This document shows, in pieces, positions 1 through 8,132 of a stretch of 64,000 bases of DNA. The stretch is from Acidobacteriota bacterium (GTDB lineage: Bacteria > Acidobacteriota > UBA890 > WLXD01). The translations under genes were made by a program, and so were the position numbers. The notes beneath the pieces are model-generated. The model saw nothing but the letters and a program-made list of their open reading frames with translations. It had not been told where the DNA came from and did not search any database. The stretch is taken from NCBI GenBank assembly GCA_965248695.1, contig CBDFKD010000002.1:2688001-2752000 (forward strand), read 5' to 3'. Position 1 is the first letter of the stretch, and each line of letters starts with the position of its first letter.

Positions 1-138
1 ATCATCGACGTCCCCGTTGGCGACGGTCACGCCGTCCTGTTCGCCATCAACCCGATGTGGCGCAACCAGACGCACGGCCAATACGGGCTCGTGCTGAACA
101 CGCTGCTACACTTCAAGGCTCTCGACGCCGGCAGATAA
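1..138 (+). CDS. C-terminal end of a gene entering the window; resembles the tail of M14 zinc carboxypeptidase-family proteins
   Basis: Frame 1 reads IIDVPVGDGHAVLFAINPMWRNQTHGQYGLVLNTLLHFKALDAGR* with TAA at 136-138. Confidence 0.6.
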   Translation: MIDVPVGDGHAVLFAINPMWRNQTHGQYGLVLNTLLHFKALDAGR

Positions 139-153
139 GCGAGGACCGGATCC

Positions 154-390
154 ATGGCACATATCACCGTTTACAGCAGCCCTGGCTGAGCTCCCTGCGT
201 TCAAGCGAGAGAGTTTCTCTCGCAAAAGGGAGTCGAGTTCGACCACGTCGACATCACCACGCTCGATGATGCGTTCGGCACGCTGCGAGCGATTACCGGC
301 GGCCAGGTCGCGACACCGACGGTGGTGATCGGCGACGAATTTCGCGTCGGCTTCGATCCCGGCTGGATCGAGGCACGCCTACCGGATTGA
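154..390 (+). CDS. Glutaredoxin/NrdH-like selenoprotein (UxxC), 78 aa; absent from the ORF track
   Basis: ATG 154 after GAGGA. Reads MAHITVYSSPG-U(TGA 187-189)-APCVQAREFLSQKGVEFDHVDI...VATPTVVIGDEFRVGFDPGWIEARLPD*. Glutaredoxin pattern continues in frame across the TGA. Confidence 0.88.
190..233 (+). promoter_or_regulatory. Candidate bacterial SECIS hairpin
   Basis: Upper stem GCGAGAGA(205-212)/TCTCTCGC(216-223) with GTT loop 23 nt after the UGA; lower stem CTCCCT/AGGGAG. Confidence 0.75.
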
Positions 391-502
391 CGGGTAACTT
401 TGGGGGCTTGGCGATCAAATCATCCACAGACGGGTTGCCGCCGCGGCGCTGACCTGGTCCCGGGCTGACCGACCGCGCTTTGATCGATCCAGGAGTACCG
501 AG

Positions 503-1336
503 ATGAGCCGTTGCATCGCTGTTGCCGTGCTCGTTCTCGCCGTGACGGCGGCGACTGGCGCAGGCCAGACCGTTGCCGTCGCCGCGAACGCCACCGACGA
601 CGACCTGTACGCCCCGTGGGCGCGAGTGCTTGCCGGCTATGTCGACGACGAGGGCCTGGTGGACTACGCCGGCCTCAAGACAACCGGATACGCCGACCTG
701 GAAGCCTTCATGGCGGCCATCGCCAACGCCGACCCGGCGTCCTTTGCCAGCGACGCCGAGCGCATGGCGTTCTGGATCAACGCCTACAACGCGGTGGTGA
801 TCTGGCAGGTCGTGGAGCGCTACCCGCTGGAGAGCGTGCGCGACGTCGGCGCTCTATGGGGCCTGATCGGCGGGTTCTTCAAGCAGGAGTATGCCGTCGC
901 GGGCGGCCAGATGAGCGCCGACAACATCGAGCACGACACGCTGCGGGCGCGGTTCGACGACGAAAGGATTCACTGGGCGCTGGTATGCGCCGCCTTCGGC
1001 TGCCCGCGTCTGGTAAACGAGCCATACCGAGCCGAGACGCTCGACGCGATGCTAGGGCAGCAGTCTCGCGAGTTCTTGCGACAGCCACGCGCTCTGCAAC
1101 TGGACCGCGCCGCCAACACCCTCTATCTGACGAGCTATTTCGACTGGTACGAGGACGACTTCACGGCGGTCGCCGGCGAAGTGGTCGACTACGTTCTGCG
1201 CCACGCGCCGGAGGCAGAGGCGGCCTACATTCGCGACAACCGCGATGCGCTGCGCGTCAGGATCATGGACTACGACTGGACCCTCAACGACCAGCCGCAG
1301 GGACCTAGGAGTCGGCGGCCGGTGCCGCGCAACTGA
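503..1336 (+). CDS. DUF547 domain protein, secreted
   Basis: Signal peptide; motifs GLVDY, AFWINAYNA, RIHWALVCAAFGCPRL, YFDWY..DF, YDWTLN. Confidence 0.9.
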   Translation: MSRCIAVAVLVLAVTAATGAGQTVAVAANATDDDLYAPWARVLAGYVDDEGLVDYAGLKTTGYADLEAFMAAIANADPASFASDAERMAFWINAYNAVVIWQVVERYPLESVRDVGALWGLIGGFFKQEYAVAGGQMSADNIEHDTLRARFDDERIHWALVCAAFGCPRLVNEPYRAETLDAMLGQQSREFLRQPRALQLDRAANTLYLTSYFDWYEDDFTAVAGEVVDYVLRHAPEAEAAYIRDNRDALRVRIMDYDWTLNDQPQGPRSRRPVPRN

Positions 1337-2090
1337 GCGCCCAGAGCCTTCGCACGGTCAGGTAGTCCGACGCCATCGCCAGCCGCGCGATTCGCCAGCC
1401 GGTGCGCCCGCCGCGCCAGCCTCCCTGGACGAGGAGCTCGCGCACGAAAGCAGCCAGCGGCACGCCTCCCACCCACCAGAGGGCGTTGAGCCAGCTGACA
1501 CGCCGGCCGGCATCGAACCAGTCCGCCGCGGCGAGGCTCGAATAACGCTCGCGCTTGGATCGGAGCTCGTCGAGATCGGCGTAGGTGTAGTGGTCGAGAT
1601 GACCGGGGAGCGATCCCTGACGTCCATTCGCGGTGAGCACCGGATACTCGTGCACCCGGCGGTCGACGAAGCGCGCCCGCCCGCGGCGAAAGAGCCGCAG
1701 GTGTACGCACTTATACCAGCCGGAAAAGGTCACCGGTTCGCCGAATAGCCAGGTCAGCCGCCGCAGCTGATAGCCATCGAAGGCAGCGTCGTCGGCCTCG
1801 ACCACGGCGCGAATCCCCCGCGCCAGCTCGTCGGTGACCCTCTCGTCGGCGTCCAGGACAAGGATCCAGTCGCATGTTGCCTGCTCGATGGCGAACTGCT
1901 TCTGGCGACCGAAGCGGTCCAGCTCGCGCTCGTAGACCCTGTCGGTGTAGCGGCGAGCGATGTCGCGCGTGGAGTCGGTCGAGCCATCATCGACGATGAC
2001 GATCTCGTCGCACCATGCGGCCGAATCGAGACATTCAGCAAGATTGTCTTCCTCGTTGCGCGTGATGACAACGAGCGAGAGCGTGGCCAT
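1305..2090 (-). CDS. Glycosyltransferase family 2 (WaaE/KdtX-like)
   Basis: LSLVVITRNEE, IVIVDDGSTD, WILVLDADE, LRLFRR, VHE. Confidence 0.9.
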   Translation of the reverse strand: MATLSLVVITRNEEDNLAECLDSAAWCDEIVIVDDGSTDSTRDIARRYTDRVYERELDRFGRQKQFAIEQATCDWILVLDADERVTDELARGIRAVVEADDAAFDGYQLRRLTWLFGEPVTFSGWYKCVHLRLFRRGRARFVDRRVHEYPVLTANGRQGSLPGHLDHYTYADLDELRSKRERYSSLAAADWFDAGRRVSWLNALWWVGGVPLAAFVRELLVQGGWRGGRTGWRIARLAMASDYLTVRRLWALSCAAPAADS

Positions 2091-2094
2091 GGAG

Positions 2095-2799
2095 TCAATC
2101 CCGGGGGGGCCCACCAGCAGCAGCGGTCAAATGCCGCGGAACAACGATAGCGTGCAGGGTTGGATCCGCCAGCCACGCGCCGTAAATCAGCTCCAGTACC
2201 GGGGCGCGAAACATGCGGCTCGCGAAATCGATGTCATACAGCTTCCCGATCTGCAGCGGAAACAGATCCTTCACGCCCCAGGCCTTGCTCTTCTGCACGC
2301 TGGCAATCGACCAGCCGCGAAACCCGAACCACGAGGCCTCGAAGCGGTTCAACGACACCCGCCTGCGAGCCCGCTTGCTGACCTCGATTGCCCGCACCGC
2401 CTTATCCGCTTCGATCAGCAGCAGCTGCAGCTGATAGTCCTCCCGCAAGCTCACCTTGGCGAAGAACTCGTACCACCGAGCCTCGGCAATCTTCCACGAG
2501 CAAACCACCCGTCCGTCATCGAGCCGTTCCACACCGAACGGCGTCTCGTCGCTTCCCAACCCAAGTAACGCGTTCTGGAGCTCCTCGCCGGGCACCGGCA
2601 CCACGCCCACCACTGGCCCCGGTAACCCGATCCGCGTCATCGCCCACATCAATGGCTGCAGGACCCCGAAGAAAGCCCCGATCATCAACGGCGCCGTAAC
2701 AAACAGCAGACGGGGATCACCCTCGACATACAACACCGTCGCCGCGATCGCAGCGAGGAGTACCAGGACGGACGCAACCAGCAACCGAAGGCCTCTCAC
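2095..2799 (-). CDS. Hypothetical membrane protein
   Basis: 234-aa ORF with two N-terminal hydrophobic segments, co-oriented with and abutting the GT2 gene. Confidence 0.7.
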   Translation of the reverse strand: MRGLRLLVASVLVLLAAIAATVLYVEGDPRLLFVTAPLMIGAFFGVLQPLMWAMTRIGLPGPVVGVVPVPGEELQNALLGLGSDETPFGVERLDDGRVVCSWKIAEARWYEFFAKVSLREDYQLQLLLIEADKAVRAIEVSKRARRRVSLNRFEASWFGFRGWSIASVQKSKAWGVKDLFPLQIGKLYDIDFASRMFRAPVLELIYGAWLADPTLHAIVVPRHLTAAAGGPPRD

Positions 2800-2802
2800 T
2801 CA

Positions 2803-3031
2803 AGGGACCTGGATGTTCGCCCGACGCGAAAACCGCGAGGTTCGGTTGAGAGGGCTGTCCTGACAGGCGGACGCCGGCCCGAGAGGAGGGAGACCCGCGA
2901 ATCTCAGGGTTGAGTCATCCAGTCGCTCGTCCAACGAACGGGGCTCCCGACCGAGGCGCCGAGCTAGGTATCCGTGGGGCCCGGCCAACCGGACCTCGCG
3001 GTTTTCGCGCCGGAGCACTAGCTGGGCCCCT
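2803..3031. repeat. Intergenic element closed by a long inverted repeat (structured RNA or MITE/REP-like)
   Basis: 2825-2848 CGCGAAAACCGCGAGGTTCGGTTG pairs with 2986-3009 (23/24, the odd position is G-U); imperfect pairing extends outward. Confidence 0.65.
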
Positions 3032-4337
3032 AAGCGATTCCGTTGGTGACCGCCTGCTCGATTGCGTCACAGAAGCGATCGAGCTCCTCCAAGGTCGTGA
3101 AGACACTCGGAGAGATTCGGAGACCGGTGAACTCGGCGTGGTTGATTGCCACCGAGATGATGCGGTGCTCGTTCCAGAGCCAGGAGTTCAGAGCCGACGT
3201 GTCGATGCCTTCAACGCCGACGTTGGCGATGCCGGCGGCCTTGCCGGGTGTCTGGCTGGTGTTGAGGTAGACGCGATCGGAGAACGCCTGCAGGCGGTTC
3301 GCCCAGTGGTCCCGCAGGTAGACGAGGCGCGCTTCCTTGCGCTTGGCGCCGATGCCCTGGTGGAACGTCAATGCGTCGCCGATGGCGAGGTAGTTGGCCG
3401 CCGGATGGGTGCCGATCTCCTCGAACTTGCGGATGTTCTCGTCTTGCCGCTCGTTGGCCGCCATCAGCGGCCACAGATTCTTGATCTTGTCGCGGCGCAC
3501 GTACAGCAGGCCAGTGCCGTGGGGAGCAAACAGCCACTTGTGGAGGCTGGTGGCGAAATAGTCGCACTCCAGCTCGGCGATGGTGAAGTCGAAGTGGGCC
3601 AGCGAGTGGGCGCCGTCGACGATCACCGGGATGCCGTGTCGGCGGCCCATGTTGGCAACCTTGGCCACCGGCAGGATCTGACCGGTGAGGTTGATCATGT
3701 GGCACATGTGGATGATGCGGGTGCGCGGCGTGATGTTGCTCTCGAAAAGACGCACGATCTCGTCGTCGTCCTCGGCCGGCACCGGGACCGAGATCTGCTT
3801 GAGCACGACCCCCTCGCGCCGCTCGCGCTGCTTGTAGGTGGTGAGCATGCGGCCGTAATCCTGATTCGTGGTCAGGATCTCGTCACCCGCCTCGAGGTCG
3901 ATGCCGAGCTGGCAGATCTGCATCCCCTCGGAGGCGTTGCGCACCAGCGCCAGCTCCTCGGCGTCGGTGTCCCACTCCAGCGCCAACCGCTCGCGCACCT
4001 GTTCGCGCTGCGGCTCGAGGATCTGCCACATGGCGTACGTAGGCGAGGTGTTGGAGTAGTCGAGGTACCGCTTCATCGCATCCTGTACGGGCAGCGGCGA
4101 TGGGCTGACGCCGCCCGAGTTGAGATTGATGATGCCGGCCTCGGCGCTGAATGCCTGGCGCACCTCGTACCAGAAGTACTCGTCGTCGGCGAGCTCTGCG
4201 GCGCTGCCTGGATGGGCGGCGAGTCCTTCCGCCGCGGCCAGCGCGTGGGCATGCCGGGTGGGACTGAGAAAGGCGCCACCGTAGGCTGCTGCGGCCGGCC
4301 AAGAGAGGGCTCCGAGGAAATGACGCCGGTTGACCAT
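3030..4337 (-). CDS. Class V PLP-dependent aminotransferase (isopenicillin N epimerase-like) with Tat signal
   Basis: MVNRRHFLG Tat motif; INLNSGG; IVDGAHS; TSLHKWLFAPHGTG (PLP lysine). Confidence 0.9.
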   Translation of the reverse strand: MVNRRHFLGALSWPAAAAYGGAFLSPTRHAHALAAAEGLAAHPGSAAELADDEYFWYEVRQAFSAEAGIINLNSGGVSPSPLPVQDAMKRYLDYSNTSPTYAMWQILEPQREQVRERLALEWDTDAEELALVRNASEGMQICQLGIDLEAGDEILTTNQDYGRMLTTYKQRERREGVVLKQISVPVPAEDDDEIVRLFESNITPRTRIIHMCHMINLTGQILPVAKVANMGRRHGIPVIVDGAHSLAHFDFTIAELECDYFATSLHKWLFAPHGTGLLYVRRDKIKNLWPLMAANERQDENIRKFEEIGTHPAANYLAIGDALTFHQGIGAKRKEARLVYLRDHWANRLQAFSDRVYLNTSQTPGKAAGIANVGVEGIDTSALNSWLWNEHRIISVAINHAEFTGLRISPSVFTTLEELDRFCDAIEQAVTNGIA

Positions 4338-4425
4338 CGCACGTACCTCAGTAACGAACATCGATTTCGCGTGGTCGGATTCTACTCTGGAAGCGCCGGC
4401 CAGCCCACTGTCGGGGGCCATCGCC

Positions 4426-5514
4426 TCAGCGGCAGCACTGTTGCGCCGGGTCGTCCGGCGAGGTGAACTCCTCGGACGCGAACAGCAACCGGATCCAGCG
4501 ATCGTCGGCGTTGTCCATGGTCGATTCGAGATCCACCCTGACCACCCGTCCACCGGGCTCCACATAGGCTTGATCGATGCCGAAACCGACATCGAGCTCC
4601 CACGCATGCATGGTGCGCGGCCCGACTTCGACGTCGCTGCTCGATCCGAGCTTGAGCTTCCAGGTATCGAAATAGCGATCGCGGTTGCTGAAGGTGTCGC
4701 GCTCCCGCGTTATCCAGTTGCTGCCCATGACCGACCGGAACGGTGACGCGGGGATCCCGCCGGGCATGAAGAACATGAACTCACGCTCGACCTTCTTGGC
4801 GTCGCCCTCCGGATCAATGTGCTCGAACAGGGCCGGCATGGCGATGCTCAAGAAACCGGGGTTGGCGAACGCCGGATCGGCCTCGATGCATGTGCCGCGC
4901 GAGCTACCGAGACACGCCAGCGACGACGGCATCCAGGCGTACAGGCCGCTCGGCCGGTCGAAGTCCATGTTGCGGTAGCGTGGCACGCTGACCTTGAAGT
5001 CCCAGTCGCGGGTGCCGACTTTGACGTCCTTGCGGAATCATCTGTCGGCCTCGTTGTAGGTGAACACGACGCGGCGCCGACTGTCGGCTGCCATGGACTC
5101 GCCGCGATGCTCGAAGCGCTGTTCGAACTCCACCCGCAACGGAAAGCCATCGAGCGTGACCTGCAGGCGGCCTTCTACGTGCACGCTCATGATTGATTCG
5201 GCGGGCCTCCAGGCACCCGGAATCAGCTCCAGACGATCATGCCCGAAAGTGAAGTCGGCACGCCTGGTGTCGCCGTGTTCCACCAGCCCGTCGAACACGA
5301 TCCACCACTCGGCCGCCTCGCCGGGCGCCAGCGCGTCGAGCGGACCGAGAATATAGCGGCGCTCCTCGCCGGCGCGGAACCCGAAAGCCGAATCGGTGCG
5401 CAGATCCTGCGGCCGCGCCGCACCGACACCGGCGCCGGCAACGAGGAGGGCCAGCGTCAGAGCTGCCGTGACGCTTGACCGCAGCGAACGATGAGGGTCA
5501 TGGCCGGTTTGCAT
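4426..5514 (-). pseudogene. Secreted hypothetical protein interrupted by one in-frame TGA at 5038-5040
   Basis: ORFs 5038-5613 and 4426-4986 share a frame: ...FTYNEADR*FRKDVKVGTRDWDFKVSVPRYRN...; signal-peptide-like N-terminus. Confidence 0.65.
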
Positions 5515-5593
5515 GACTCGGATACTATCAACGTGACCTAGTGGCCTGTAACGGGGCACTGGTGGCCGGGCACGATTCGTGGCCGGCGTTGGT

Positions 5594-5824
5594 ATGGAAC
5601 CCGACGCGCCCATGGATCCTCTCGCCGATTGCTGCCAGCAGGAAGCTCAGCGCAGCCTCGCCAAGCACCGCCAGGTGGCCCGCTGCGATGGGTGCGACAG
5701 CTTGCTGCTGTCGTACTCCGACCGCGGCCACTACGATCGCACTATTGCGGAGCTCACCGGCAACGAGGTGCCATTCCAGGTCGGATCGCGCGGCAAGCTC
5801 CTAGTCATCGCCTACCGGCGTTGA
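5594..5824 (+). CDS. Small Cys-containing hypothetical protein
   Basis: CC and CxxC motifs; coding-like codon use; start uncertain (5594 or 5612). Confidence 0.55.
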   Translation: MEPDAPMDPLADCCQQEAQRSLAKHRQVARCDGCDSLLLSYSDRGHYDRTIAELTGNEVPFQVGSRGKLLVIAYRR

Positions 5825-5882
5825 CGCGACCCGGACGCTGCGTGTTGGGCGGTGTGCCAGGGGCCCCATCGGGGCGCGCGCC

Positions 5883-8078
5883 TTGAGACATCACGCCACC
5901 GGCACTGCGCGCCTGGCCGTCCGGCTCCTGGGCGCGCTGCTGCTCAGCTACCTGGCCGCCGGCGAGTCACTGGCGCAGAGCGCGGCCGATGTGGTGCCCG
6001 TCGACGGCGGCGCTCCGGCATGCGGGTTGGCCGTCGTGCTCAGCGGCGGCGGAGCACGAGGGATCGCGCACCTGGGCGTGCTGGAGGTGCTCGAAGAGAA
6101 CGGCATCCGCCCGGATTGCGTCGTCGGGGCGAGCATGGGAGCCGTGATCGGCTCCCTGTATGCCACCGGCCACTCGCTTGCCGCCATCGAGGTACTGCTT
6201 TCGGGGCTGAGCTGGCGCACCGTCTACATCGATTCCCACAACCGCCGGCTGCAACCGATCCTGCATCGGCTCGAGCGGCAGCGGTCTGGGCTCCGCCTCG
6301 GCCTCACCGCCGACGGGGTGCGGACGCCGCGCGGCCTGCTCAGCGACACGATGGTGAACCGCTTGCTGATCGAGCACCTGACGCCGGCCAACTTCGATGC
6401 CGGCCGGCGGTTCGATGCGCTCGCGATTCCGTTCCGCACGCTGGGAACCGATCTGCTCTCCGGAGAGCGCGTGGCACTCGCAGCCGGCGACCTGGCGCGC
6501 GCGGTTCGCGCCAGCATGTCGGTGCCGCTGGCGTACGCACCGGTGCCGTGGGAGGAGATGCTGCTGGTAGATGGGGGCCTGGCCGACAACGTCCCGGTGA
6601 GTCTGGCGACCGAGATGAGCGCCGAGTTCACGCTCGCAGTCGACGCCTCGACTCCGATCGACGCCGACGTCAACCCGGACCTGTTCGGCGTCACCGAGCG
6701 CGTCATCGATCTGCTCTTCGCCGAGACCAACAGTCGCTATGCGCAGGCGGCCGATCTGACCATCGTTCCTGACCTCGCCGGCCACAGCTTTGGCGACTAT
6801 TCACACATCGACGAGCTCATCGACGCCGGACGACACGCGGCCGAGGCGATGCTCGATCGTATTCCGGAGCGATTCAAGGGGCGTCAGCCGGAGATACGGA
6901 GTCCGGCCGATGAGCATATCTTCGGGCCGCGAGTGGTGCACGAAGTAGGCGTCAGCGGCAACCAGTACCTGTCCGACGAGGTCATCCTGCGCGAGTTCCG
7001 GGCGCGCGTCGGGAATCCGTTCGACTGGGATCAAACCCTCGCGAACCTCGATCATCTCTACGCTTCGGGGTTGCTGCAGAGCGCCTGGCTCGATCTGGCT
7101 CCGGTAGGAAACGACGGCATCCGGCTGCTGCTGTACGTGCAGGAGGAGTACCGACACACGCTCGATCTGGGCCTGGCGTACCAGAGCGACGATCAGGCAC
7201 AGGCGATGGTGCGGTTGGAGACTCGCGACCTACTGGGCGCCGGCGAGCGACTCCAGTTCGGCGGTGCGGCCAGCGCCAAGGATCTGTTGCTGGGAGTGCG
7301 ACTCCACGGTGAACAGCTTCTCGGAGCGCATGTCGGGTACCAGGTGGATGTCGAGCTACACCACGAGAGGCCCAAGGTCTTCGAGTCCGGACAGCATGTT
7401 TCGCGTGCCGAGTTCCGGCGGCGGCACGCGGCCCTGCGAGCGAATCTGCCGTTCGGCTTCAACCATCTCTTGCAGCTCGGAGTGCGCGCCGGCGAGGTGG
7501 AGACGGTCTCACGACTCGGAATTCCGCTGGACGCGGACACCCGCCAGCATCGCGTGCTGACCGCTAGCTATGTTTGGGACAACCTCAGCTCGCTAGCCGT
7601 GCCATCGCACGGGGCTCGCTACACGGTGCAAGCCGAGCGAAACTTCGAGGCGCTGGGTGGCTCCTTCCCGTACTGGCGAGTCCGCGTCGACGGCACCAGC
7701 GCGGCACAGCTCGGGAGGCTCAACCTCACGGGTCGGATTCTCTACGGCTACTCGTCGTCCTCGCTACCGGTATACGACCAGTTCCGGGTCGGCGGGCCCG
7801 AGCTAGTGCCGGGATTGGCGCGCGAGGAGCTCTGGGGAAACCAGGCGCTGGCGGCCTCGGCACAGGTGGGGCTCGATTTCGCCTCCGTGGCGCGCCTCTA
7901 CGCCCGGGTCGGCGTCGGTGGCGTCTGGGAGCACCAGGCCGATATCAGTCTGGACACGGCAATCGTCGGCGCCGGGCTGGGCCTCACGGTGACCACTCCC
8001 ATCGGGCCGCTGCAGCTCGACTACGGCTGGGCGGAGGAGAATCGAAACCGCCTCTACGTCGCCATCGGCTGGCAATAG
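5883..8078 (+). CDS. Patatin-like phospholipase with POTRA and Omp85-type barrel (PlpD/type Vd-like)
   Basis: LSGGGARG, GASMG (GxSxG), VDGG; POTRA-like VSGNQYLSDEVILREF; barrel end TPIGPLQLDYGW...YVAIGWQ. Confidence 0.9.
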   Translation: MRHHATGTARLAVRLLGALLLSYLAAGESLAQSAADVVPVDGGAPACGLAVVLSGGGARGIAHLGVLEVLEENGIRPDCVVGASMGAVIGSLYATGHSLAAIEVLLSGLSWRTVYIDSHNRRLQPILHRLERQRSGLRLGLTADGVRTPRGLLSDTMVNRLLIEHLTPANFDAGRRFDALAIPFRTLGTDLLSGERVALAAGDLARAVRASMSVPLAYAPVPWEEMLLVDGGLADNVPVSLATEMSAEFTLAVDASTPIDADVNPDLFGVTERVIDLLFAETNSRYAQAADLTIVPDLAGHSFGDYSHIDELIDAGRHAAEAMLDRIPERFKGRQPEIRSPADEHIFGPRVVHEVGVSGNQYLSDEVILREFRARVGNPFDWDQTLANLDHLYASGLLQSAWLDLAPVGNDGIRLLLYVQEEYRHTLDLGLAYQSDDQAQAMVRLETRDLLGAGERLQFGGAASAKDLLLGVRLHGEQLLGAHVGYQVDVELHHERPKVFESGQHVSRAEFRRRHAALRANLPFGFNHLLQLGVRAGEVETVSRLGIPLDADTRQHRVLTASYVWDNLSSLAVPSHGARYTVQAERNFEALGGSFPYWRVRVDGTSAAQLGRLNLTGRILYGYSSSSLPVYDQFRVGGPELVPGLAREELWGNQALAASAQVGLDFASVARLYARVGVGGVWEHQADISLDTAIVGAGLGLTVTTPIGPLQLDYGWAEENRNRLYVAIGWQ

Positions 8079-8132
8079 ACGCGGTCGATCGCTCGAGGGC
8101 CGCCGTTCATAGGCTCGGACCGACCCGACGGC

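Noticed and set aside
2910-4466. 518-aa + strand ORF and similar long overlapping ORFs (9231-10265, 13209-14318, 33789-35102, 52149-53648)
   Set aside because: GC-rich shadow frames opposite genes with clear motifs
4338-4607. Long N-terminal extension of the aminotransferase
   Set aside because: Overlaps the upstream gene; the Tat motif places the start at 4337
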